A DNA stretch of 64,000 bases, taken from NCBI GenBank assembly GCA_963796055.1, contig CAWCKH010000004.1, positions 3,232,001 to 3,296,000 of the forward strand. Reading direction: 5' to 3'. Source of the stretch: an uncultured delta proteobacterium. GTDB lineage: Bacteria > Myxococcota > Myxococcia > Myxococcales > Myxococcaceae. Shown piece by piece: positions 31,280-38,702 of this stretch (the first letter of the stretch is position 1; every line of letters starts with the position of its first letter). Below the pieces are notes generated by a model. That model did no database searches. It was not told the DNA's origin and saw nothing but the letters and a program-made list of their open reading frames with translations. The position numbers and the translations under genes are program-made.

Positions 31280-33012
31280 GCGCGCGGATCAACCAGCTGC
31301 TCGAGGCCGGGCTGTGGCTGAAGATGAGCGGCGACCTCGACGGTGCGCGCCGGCTCTTCGAGCAGGCGCTCAAGCTCGATCCCGACAGCATCCGGGCCCG
31401 CGAGCTGCTGGGGCCCTCGCTGCCTGAGGCCGAGGCCGTGCCGGAGGAGCTCCGCGACGTTCCCGCCACCCGGACCGACCTCTTCTCCGTGCCGCTGCCC
31501 CGGCTGTTCCAGGACGAGCCGCCCGCCCCGGCGGCGATGCCCGAGGAGTGGTGGAACGCGCCGCCCTCGGACATGGGGAACACCGCGCGCTTCTTCGTCC
31601 GGACCACCCAGCCGGGAGCATCGGGCGAGGCGCCCTCGTCCACGCACACCATCCCCTGGGGGCCCTCGCCGCTGCCGCCCCGCTCGCCGCCGCCCCAGGT
31701 GCCGGCGACGACGGGCGCCGCGGACGACTTCCAGGGGGACGACTTCGGCGAGAGTGGGGACGACTTCGGCCTCGAGCTGTCGGAGGGGACGCCGTCGCCG
31801 CTGGGCCGGTCGGGGCCGAAGCCCGTGCGTCCGCCGCCGCCGGAGCCCGCGCCCACCGAACCGTCCCGGACCACGGGGGCCATCCCGCTCCCGCCGGCGA
31901 ACGAGCCCCTTGCGCCGGTGGCTTCCCGGACGACCGGGGCGATTCCGCTGCCTCCCTTCCCGGGCTCGACCAGCCCCGTGCCGGGCCCGGCTCCGGTCGC
32001 CCAGGCTGGCGAGCCGCGACCCGCGACCACCGGGGCCATCCCGCTGCCGCCGGCAGTGGCCCCGCTGCACCTGACGCCTTCGCCCCTCGCTCCCCTGGCC
32101 GGACCGAGTGCCTGGTCCGAGCCGCCACGGAGCACGGGCCCGGTCCCGCTGCCGCCGGCGGTGGCCCTGGTCCACGCGACCCCTGCGCCGGCGCCCGGTG
32201 GGTGGCCACCTCCCGCGCCCGGGCCGAAGCCCTCGTCCACGCTGGAGAGCCACGTGGTCGTCCCGCTCCCGGCGGCCGGGGAACCGTCGGGCCCCATCTC
32301 TGCTGGCCCCTCGCCGTCCCTCGATCCACTGCCCTGGGCGATGCCCCCGAGCGTGCATCCGCCCCCGATGGGCCCGGTCCCGCTTCCCGGGGCCTCGGGC
32401 GCCGCGCCGCCTTACCCGCGGAGCCCGGCCGCGCCCCCGCCGGCGCCAGCCGCCACCTTCGCCGCCGCTCCACCGGCCGCTGCTGGCCAGGGGGCCGGGA
32501 ACGACGCCTGGGGCGGGGAGGGCGATGGACCCACACTGCTCGCCCCCGAGGGGCCGGCGGCGGCCCTCGAGCTGCTGGCCGAGCCGCGCACCATCTCTGG
32601 GCTCACTCCGCTGCCGGTGCTGCGGGACCCGCAGGCCGAGGCGGTGCGGATGCTCGAGCGTGCCCGGGAGCTGCAGAAGATGGACGACCACAGCGGCGCG
32701 CGGGAGCTGCTGCTGCAGGCGCAGGCGCTCTTCCCGGAGCTGACCGGGCTGTCGGAGGCGCTGGCCCGCAGCGAGACCAAGCTCCAGACCATCTACGAGT
32801 CGAAGATCGGCAAGCTCAGCGCCGTCCCCCGGGTGCGCTTGAAGGAGGACGAGGTCATCTGGCTGAACCTCGACCACCGCGCCGGGTTCATGCTGGCGCA
32901 GATCGACGGGACGCTCAGCTTCGAAGATCTCTTTTCGGTGTCGGGAATGTCGCGGCTGGACACGGCGCGGATCCTCGCCCAGCTGCTGGACCAGCGGGTC
33001 ATCGTGAGCTGA
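31276..33012 (+). CDS. Hypothetical protein: N-terminal TPR, long Pro-rich repeat region, C-terminal TPR plus winged-helix-like domain
   Basis: GDLDGARRLFEQALKLDP, a Pro-rich middle, and C-terminal LDHRAGFMLAQIDGTLSFEDLFSVSGMSRLDTARILAQL. GTGA overlap with the Hsp70 stop. Confidence 0.78.
   Translation: MSARINQLLEAGLWLKMSGDLDGARRLFEQALKLDPDSIRARELLGPSLPEAEAVPEELRDVPATRTDLFSVPLPRLFQDEPPAPAAMPEEWWNAPPSDMGNTARFFVRTTQPGASGEAPSSTHTIPWGPSPLPPRSPPPQVPATTGAADDFQGDDFGESGDDFGLELSEGTPSPLGRSGPKPVRPPPPEPAPTEPSRTTGAIPLPPANEPLAPVASRTTGAIPLPPFPGSTSPVPGPAPVAQAGEPRPATTGAIPLPPAVAPLHLTPSPLAPLAGPSAWSEPPRSTGPVPLPPAVALVHATPAPAPGGWPPPAPGPKPSSTLESHVVVPLPAAGEPSGPISAGPSPSLDPLPWAMPPSVHPPPMGPVPLPGASGAAPPYPRSPAAPPPAPAATFAAAPPAAAGQGAGNDAWGGEGDGPTLLAPEGPAAALELLAEPRTISGLTPLPVLRDPQAEAVRMLERARELQKMDDHSGARELLLQAQALFPELTGLSEALARSETKLQTIYESKIGKLSAVPRVRLKEDEVIWLNLDHRAGFMLAQIDGTLSFEDLFSVSGMSRLDTARILAQLLDQRVIVS
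31870..32160 (+). repeat. Four dispersed coding repeats encoding (T/S)TG(A/P)(I/V)PLPP
   Basis: In-frame copies start at 31870, 31930, 32026 and 32131. Confidence 0.8.
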
Positions 33013-33047
33013 GACGCCGCCGGCGTCGAGGGCTTGGGGCGCCGAGC

Positions 33048-34061
33048 TCAGCCGAGGGTGAGCTCCGGCCGCCGCCGCTGTCCCACCAGCGCCGCCCCCC
33101 AGCCGATCATCGGCGCCTCCACCCCGTGGTAGAGCAGCACCGGTGCCACCACCGAGAGCGCCGCGCAGATCACGATCCGCGTCCCCGGCGGTGCGCTACC
33201 CAGCCGGACGAAGGCGACCCAGAAGACGATGAGGTGGGAGAGGTAGATCCCGTACGAGTACCGGGCGATCCACTCCGCGGACTTCCGGATCCATGCCACG
33301 TCGACCTGGCGAAAGCGGCCCACCATCATTCCGAGGACCAGGCAGCCCAGCCAGCCCGCATCGAGCCCGAGTTGCCGGAGTCCCAAGGCCAGCGCGATGA
33401 CCAGCGGCCATCCGACCCAGTGGAAGCGCACCTCGGTTCTTCCTTCCATCGCAAAGGCCACCACTCCGGCGACGAAGCACGGGGCGTAGCGCAAGAGGTC
33501 CAGCCCGGCGGTTGGGATGGTCTCCTGGATCAAGGCCAGCATCAGCGCGAGGAGCCAGACGAGAATCGGCGCAGGCGCCCGAGGGTGTGTCACCCACAGG
33601 AACAGCGGGGGCAGGACCAGGTACATCTGCACCTCGTAGGGCAGGCTCCAGAGTGGATCGAGCACCGACGGGGCGAGGGTGAGGTTCTGGACCAGCGCCA
33701 GGTTGGCGGCGAGCTCGGACCACCCGGGCCACTGGTACGGGCGGGTGGGAAACGCGGGGATGCCCGCCATCACCACCAGGCACACCACCAGCACGCTCAG
33801 CGGATAGATGCGGAAGATGCGCCGGACGTAGAACCGCAGGGCGCGATCCTGCTCGGGAAGGCGGGCCAGCGTTCGCATCAGCACGCAGCTGGTGTGGACG
33901 AAGAAGACTGCCACCCCGCCCTGGGCCAGGGACCTGAACGAGAAAAAGCCCACCCGGTCCACGTTGCAGAGTTGCGCCAGGTGCCCGAAATAGACGGCGA
34001 GCACCGCACCCGCGCGCAGCAGATCGAGGTTGGCGAGGTGGTCGGCGCGGTCCTGCAGCGT
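33048..34061 (-). CDS. Acyltransferase family 3 (OafA/YrhL-like membrane O-acyltransferase); start uncertain
   Basis: LANLDLLRAGAVLAVYFGH lies in frame upstream of the track's start, followed by GVAVFFVHTS, FYVRRIFRIYP, LWSLPYEVQMY and SYGIYLSH. Confidence 0.85.
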   Translation of the reverse strand, partial: TLQDRADHLANLDLLRAGAVLAVYFGHLAQLCNVDRVGFFSFRSLAQGGVAVFFVHTSCVLMRTLARLPEQDRALRFYVRRIFRIYPLSVLVVCLVVMAGIPAFPTRPYQWPGWSELAANLALVQNLTLAPSVLDPLWSLPYEVQMYLVLPPLFLWVTHPRAPAPILVWLLALMLALIQETIPTAGLDLLRYAPCFVAGVVAFAMEGRTEVRFHWVGWPLVIALALGLRQLGLDAGWLGCLVLGMMVGRFRQVDVAWIRKSAEWIARYSYGIYLSHLIVFWVAFVRLGSAPPGTRIVICAALSVVAPVLLYHGVEAPMIGWGAALVGQRRRPELTLG

Positions 34062-34128
34062 GGGGTTCCCTGGGGAGGAGGAGCGTATCCGCAGCGCCTC
34101 GGGTCCGCCAGGTGGTCAATCCTGCGCC

Positions 34129-35154
34129 TCAGCCGCGGACGAAGGCGGTGAACCTCCCCCGCACCGCCAGCCGGCCGTGCTGGTTCACCGAGTCGGTGCG
34201 GACGACGAACAGCTCGTTGCCCCCCCGTGTGGAGTGGGACTCGAGCGTCCCGGTGGTCTGCAGCACGTCCCCTGGCCGGAGCACCTCGCGGAACTCGAAC
34301 TCCTGCTCGCCGTGCAGCACCCGGAAGACGTCCACCTCCATCGCCGGGTCGAGCACGGCGGCCTGGGCCGGGGCGATGGAGAACAGCACCGCGAACATCG
34401 GGAAGGCGATCATCGAGCCCCACGGCGACCGGGCCCCTGCCGCCTCGTCGTGGAGCACCGGGTGGAGGTCCGCCGGGAGCCCGGTCGAGACGTACGAGGG
34501 CACGCCGCCGGAGATGGCCACCGCGTACTCGCGCATCTTCTCCGCGCCCACCACGTAACGGAACGGGCCCCAGCTCCGGCCGATCGCGGTGCGGCCTGGA
34601 CCGTGGGCAGCCGTCGCTCCTCGAGCTGCCGGCGACGCGGGCCCGGGCGGTGGCGGCAGGCGCGCCTCCTCGAGCAGCTCCGGGCGCGACATCCGGAGCA
34701 CTTCGACCGCCTGGGCCACCTCGCGCGTCATGCCCGGCACGTCACCGACGGAGGCCGGCCCGGGCGGTCGCTCCCGCCCCTCGACCCGGACGTTCTTCAG
34801 CACCTCGTCCCCGGCCTGGTTCCGGGCGACGACGCTGGCCTTCACCGTCCCGCCCGCGACCTCGGTGAGCGTGCCTTCGAAGCGGACCGTGTCTTCGGGC
34901 CGCACCGGCTTGCTGAACCGCGCCTTCACCGAGGTCACCAGCCCAGGGTCGCCGAGGAAGCGCGCGAACGCGTCCACTCCCCAGGCCAGGGTGCAGAGTC
35001 CCTGCAAGATGACCCCACCGAGCCCTGCGGCCTGACCGACCTCCGGGTCGATGTGGATCGGATTGAAGTCGCCGCTCGCGCCCGCGTAATAGAACGAGCG
35101 GTAGCGATCGCACTCGCGCTCGAGCGAGAAGGTCTGTCCCACCTCGAGCCTCAC
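34129..35154 (-). CDS. Double-hotdog MaoC-type (R)-enoyl-CoA hydratase / hydroxyacyl dehydratase fusion
   Basis: N-terminal YAGASGDFNPIHID...VILQG...RFSKPVRP. The C-terminal half is a second hotdog of the MaoC_dehydrat_N type (EKMREYAVAI, IAFPMF, VLHGEQEFEF). GTG 35154 overlaps the SDR stop. Confidence 0.85.
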   Translation of the reverse strand: MRLEVGQTFSLERECDRYRSFYYAGASGDFNPIHIDPEVGQAAGLGGVILQGLCTLAWGVDAFARFLGDPGLVTSVKARFSKPVRPEDTVRFEGTLTEVAGGTVKASVVARNQAGDEVLKNVRVEGRERPPGPASVGDVPGMTREVAQAVEVLRMSRPELLEEARLPPPPGPASPAARGATAAHGPGRTAIGRSWGPFRYVVGAEKMREYAVAISGGVPSYVSTGLPADLHPVLHDEAAGARSPWGSMIAFPMFAVLFSIAPAQAAVLDPAMEVDVFRVLHGEQEFEFREVLRPGDVLQTTGTLESHSTRGGNELFVVRTDSVNQHGRLAVRGRFTAFVRG

Positions 35155-36275
35155 GCGTTCGCCTTCACGCCCTCGTCCAGCGGGTCCTCGACCAGCATCT
35201 CCGCCTCGGCGGCCTGCCGGCGGGCGTAGTCCTCGCGGACATAGGCGATGAGCGTGTCCAGGTACGTGGACAGCCGGGGACAGCGGATGTCCGTGCCGTC
35301 CAGCAGCTCCAGGGTGTTGGCGCTGGTGTACCAGGCCAGCTGGTTGATGTACCCCAGCGCCGCGCGCTGCGGCCGGGTCACGCGCTCCAGCAGCGGCAGC
35401 CGGAGGACGGCCTCGGCGGCGCGAGCGGGGAAGGTGAGCTTCGGGATGCGCCGGTGGGCGCGCTCGGCGATGAGCTCGTAGACCCGGGCCACGCTCATGG
35501 GGTTGGGGTCCACCAGGTGAAACGTCCGTCCCTTCGCCGCAGGGTCGCCGGCGAGGTGCACCGCGGCCCGCACCACGAAGTCCACCGGGACGACGTTCAG
35601 CGGGGCGATGCCGTTGCCCGGCAAGGGGAGCGGCACCACCAGCGGGCTCGCCACCAGGAGGATGCCGAGCGCATACGGTCCCTCGAAGCGGTCGATCTCC
35701 CCGGTCCGCGAGTCGCCCACCACGGTGGACGGACGGACGATGGTGATGGGGAGCGTTTCGGCCGCGCGGGCCACCGCCTTCTCCGCCTGGAACTTGGTCT
35801 CCTCCCAGGCGTTGCGGAACTCCTGTCCCTTGTCCAGCTCGTCCTCGGCGATGACCCCCTCGCGTGCCCCGGCGACGTGGCAGCTGCTGAAGTGCACCAG
35901 CCGCTCCAGCCGCCGGCACTCGCTCGCCAGCTCCAGCACGTTGCGCGTGCCGTCCACGTTGGTGCGCCAGGCCAGCTCGCGGGAGACGGTGAGCTGGTTC
36001 AGCGCCGCGAGGTGGAAGATGCGGGTCACGCTCCCGGCGACCCGCTCCACCTCCTCGCCCGACAGCCCGAGGTGCAGATCGGTCACGTCGCCGTCCAGCA
36101 CCTCCACCGGCGCGCCCCGCACCCGCGCGGCCAGGCCCCGGGCCTCGTCGAGGTGGCGGGGCTGCACCAGGGCGAGGATGCGCCCCGTGCCCTGCTGCGC
36201 GAGACGTTCCACCAGCCGCTTCCCGATGAAGCCCGGATAGCCGGTGACCAGCGTGGCGCCGTCGCTCGAGGGCAT
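35151..36275 (-). CDS. Extended SDR / NAD_binding_4 (fatty acyl-CoA reductase / thioester reductase-like) oxidoreductase
   Basis: LVTGYPGFIG, GDVT...LGLS, IFHLAA, NVDGTRNVL, RPSTVVGDSRTGE, NVVPVDFV. Confidence 0.85.
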   Translation of the reverse strand: MPSSDGATLVTGYPGFIGKRLVERLAQQGTGRILALVQPRHLDEARGLAARVRGAPVEVLDGDVTDLHLGLSGEEVERVAGSVTRIFHLAALNQLTVSRELAWRTNVDGTRNVLELASECRRLERLVHFSSCHVAGAREGVIAEDELDKGQEFRNAWEETKFQAEKAVARAAETLPITIVRPSTVVGDSRTGEIDRFEGPYALGILLVASPLVVPLPLPGNGIAPLNVVPVDFVVRAAVHLAGDPAAKGRTFHLVDPNPMSVARVYELIAERAHRRIPKLTFPARAAEAVLRLPLLERVTRPQRAALGYINQLAWYTSANTLELLDGTDIRCPRLSTYLDTLIAYVREDYARRQAAEAEMLVEDPLDEGVKANA

Positions 36276-36287
36276 GGGGAAGGGACC

Positions 36288-36884
36288 TTAGCCGCTCCCG
36301 CGGATCTCCTCCCAGATTCGCTGGACCTGGGCCTGCGCTTCTTCCAGCGAGCCGCCGTTCTCCACCACCCAGGTGGCGTGCGCCCGCTTGTCGGCCAGGG
36401 GCAGCTGCGCCGCCAGCCGCGCAGAGATGGCCGCCTCGTCGAGCCCGTCACGCTCGGCGAGGCGGGCCCGCTGCACCGCCTCGGGCGCCGCCACCAGGAT
36501 GACCCCGTCCATCCCGCGGTGGAGCCCGTTCTCGATGAGCAGCGCGGCGTCGTAGAGCACCACCTGGACGCCCGCCCGGGCCAGCGCCTCGGTCCGGCGC
36601 GCCACCTCCTCGCGGATGCGCGGGTGGACGATGGCCTCCAGCGCCCTCCGCTCGCCGGGGTCGGCGAAGATGCGCCGCCCGAGCTCCGTCCGGTCGAGCC
36701 GTCCCGAGGCGTCCACCACGCCAGGGAAGCGCCGGGCCACCTCCTGCAGCCCCGGGGTGCCGGGCTCGACCACCTCACGGGCCACCTGGTCGGCGTCGAT
36801 GACCTGGGCGCCGAGGGCGCGGAACATCTCGCTGACGGTACTCTTCCCCGAGCCGATCCCGCCGGTGAGCCCCACCACCCGCAT
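36288..36884 (-). CDS. coaE: Dephospho-CoA kinase
   Basis: MRVVGLTGGIGSGKSTVS, IDADQVAREVV, LEAIVHPRI, DAALLIE. Confidence 0.95.
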   Translation of the reverse strand: MRVVGLTGGIGSGKSTVSEMFRALGAQVIDADQVAREVVEPGTPGLQEVARRFPGVVDASGRLDRTELGRRIFADPGERRALEAIVHPRIREEVARRTEALARAGVQVVLYDAALLIENGLHRGMDGVILVAAPEAVQRARLAERDGLDEAAISARLAAQLPLADKRAHATWVVENGGSLEEAQAQVQRIWEEIRGSG

Positions 36885-37408
36885 CAGTGCGGAGGCGCCG
36901 CCGCGGCCGGCGCCGGAGCCGGTGCGGGGGCGGGGCGGGGCGAGGTGTAGACGAAGGACTGAACCCGGTCGTCGGTCTCGTCGAAGAACACCGCCAGGCC
37001 GAGGCGCGGGTAGACGTAGTAGGTGCGGAAGTCGTCGGTCAGCTTCTTCTGGAAGCAGGCCGCCGGCTGGGGCGCGGAGGCCTTTGGGCAGGCCGGGCCG
37101 AAGGTGGCCTCCACCGTGTCGTGGTCGATGACCGTGGCCGGGAAGACGTCGATGCGCTGAACCACCCCGGTCGACGGGTCCACCCGGAACTGCGCCTGCG
37201 AGGTGCCCTTCATCGCCGCCGAGTCGGTGTAGGCGAGGACCTCCTTGCCAGAGACGGTGACCGTCTTGCTCGGAGCCCCGAACCGCTTCACCACCTCGTC
37301 CCGGCGGGTGACGCCAGGCTCGATCCCGTTCCAGGCCTTGGCCCGGGCCACCACCGCCACGAGGAGCAGCGTGACCAGGAGGAGGCGCCTCGGTGCCGGG
37401 CAACGCAT
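36884..37408 (-). CDS. Hypothetical secreted protein
   Basis: Signal peptide RRLLLVTLLLVAVVARA and a mature region KAWNGIEPGVTRRDEVVKRFGAP. TGATG coupling to coaE. Confidence 0.68.
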   Translation of the reverse strand: MRCPAPRRLLLVTLLLVAVVARAKAWNGIEPGVTRRDEVVKRFGAPSKTVTVSGKEVLAYTDSAAMKGTSQAQFRVDPSTGVVQRIDVFPATVIDHDTVEATFGPACPKASAPQPAACFQKKLTDDFRTYYVYPRLGLAVFFDETDDRVQSFVYTSPRPAPAPAPAPAAAAPPH

Positions 37409-37502
37409 CGTCGTCTGCCCTGGTCTACCCCGAGCGGCCGGACCCCTCAACCTTCTGCCGCTTGCCAGGGGGCGGGCCAATCTCGTATCTGCCCGGTGCT
37501 CG

Positions 37503-37985
37503 ATGACCCTCCGACGCGCAACCCGCTGGGCGCTGGCGCTTGCCGTGTTGTGCTCCGCGGTGGCGGTCGGCGCCGACTTCCTGGGCTCCGAGAGCTGCAA
37601 GGGCTGTCACCCCGACGCCTACGCGGCCTGGAGGTCGTCCAAGCACGCCCGGTCCATGGAGTCGCTCACCGTCGATCAGCAGCGCGACGCCCGCTGTACC
37701 ACCTGCCACGCGCCGAACCTCACCGATCAGGGCATGGCCGGCATCGGGTGCGAGACCTGCCACGGCGGTGGGCAGTACTACGCCCCGGCCTACGTGATGA
37801 GGGACGCGGAGCTGGCCCGGCTGGTGGGGCTGGTGGACCCGTCGGAGAAGTCCTGCCGGAGCTGTCACGAGCCCAGCTCGCCCTCCCTGCGTCCCTTCCA
37901 GTTCACCGAGAAGCTGAAGGCGATGGATCACTGGAGCGTGGAGCGACAGAAGCGCGGCTCGCCGTCCCCCCGCGCCGAGCGGTGA
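37503..37985 (+). CDS. Small secreted tetraheme c-type cytochrome (cytochrome c554-like)
   Basis: Signal peptide, four CxxCH motifs (CKGCH, CTTCH, CETCH, CRSCH), and FLGSESCKGCH...WRSSKHA. Confidence 0.87.
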   Translation: MTLRRATRWALALAVLCSAVAVGADFLGSESCKGCHPDAYAAWRSSKHARSMESLTVDQQRDARCTTCHAPNLTDQGMAGIGCETCHGGGQYYAPAYVMRDAELARLVGLVDPSEKSCRSCHEPSSPSLRPFQFTEKLKAMDHWSVERQKRGSPSPRAER

Positions 37986-38587
37986 TTCGCGTCCTCGATG
38001 CCCGCTTCCTCACCACCGCGGTGGAGGAGGCCGGCTGGCCCTCCGCGGAGGTCCCGGAGATCGCCTTCGTCGGCCGCAGCAACGTGGGCAAGTCGTCGAT
38101 GATCAACGCCCTCACCGGCCGGCGAAAGCTGGTCCGGGTCTCGAACACGCCCGGGCGGACGCGCACCCTGAACTTCTTCGACGTGGTGCTCGAGCGCGAC
38201 CAGGCGCGCCGCGCCGTCCGGCTCGCCGACCTCCCCGGTTACGGCTTTGCCAAGGTGTCCAAGGCGGAGCGGGCGAGCTGGGAACGGATGATCACCACCT
38301 ACCTCGAGCGCCGTGCATCGCTCCGGGGCGTGGTCGCCATCGTGGACGCGGAGGTCGGGGCCACCGAGGACGACGTCCGCACACTGGCCTACCTCGTCGC
38401 CACCGGCCGGCGGGTGCTGGTGGCAGCGACCAAGCTCGACCGGCTCGGGAAGGCGCAGCGCAAGCCACGCCTGTCGGCGATCGCCGAGCGGCTGTCGGTC
38501 CCGCGTGACACCGTGCTGGGTTTCTCGGCAACGGAAAAGCTGGGCACGCCTGAAGTGTGGGAGTCGCTCTGGATCGCGACGTCATGA
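37982..38587 (+). CDS. engB: Ribosome biogenesis GTP-binding protein YihA/YsxC (EngB)
   Basis: EIAFVGRSNVGKSSMIN, SNTPGRT, DLPGYGFA, TKLD. Confidence 0.94.
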   Translation: MIRVLDARFLTTAVEEAGWPSAEVPEIAFVGRSNVGKSSMINALTGRRKLVRVSNTPGRTRTLNFFDVVLERDQARRAVRLADLPGYGFAKVSKAERASWERMITTYLERRASLRGVVAIVDAEVGATEDDVRTLAYLVATGRRVLVAATKLDRLGKAQRKPRLSAIAERLSVPRDTVLGFSATEKLGTPEVWESLWIATS

Positions 38588-38601
38588 AGGGTGCTCGAGT
38601 G

Positions 38602-38630
38602 TTGACCGACCGGGGAGGCCGCCCGATGAT
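38602..38630 (+). promoter_or_regulatory. Putative sigma70-type promoter for the beta-propeller lipoprotein gene
   Basis: TTGACC-N17-GATGAT, about 70 bp upstream of ATG 38703. Confidence 0.45.
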
Positions 38631-38702
38631 TCCCTGCTTGAAGGCCCTTCGTCTGCTCACCGGGCTGCCGGGCCCGTGCCGCCGCTCGTGGAGACAGCTT
38701 CG

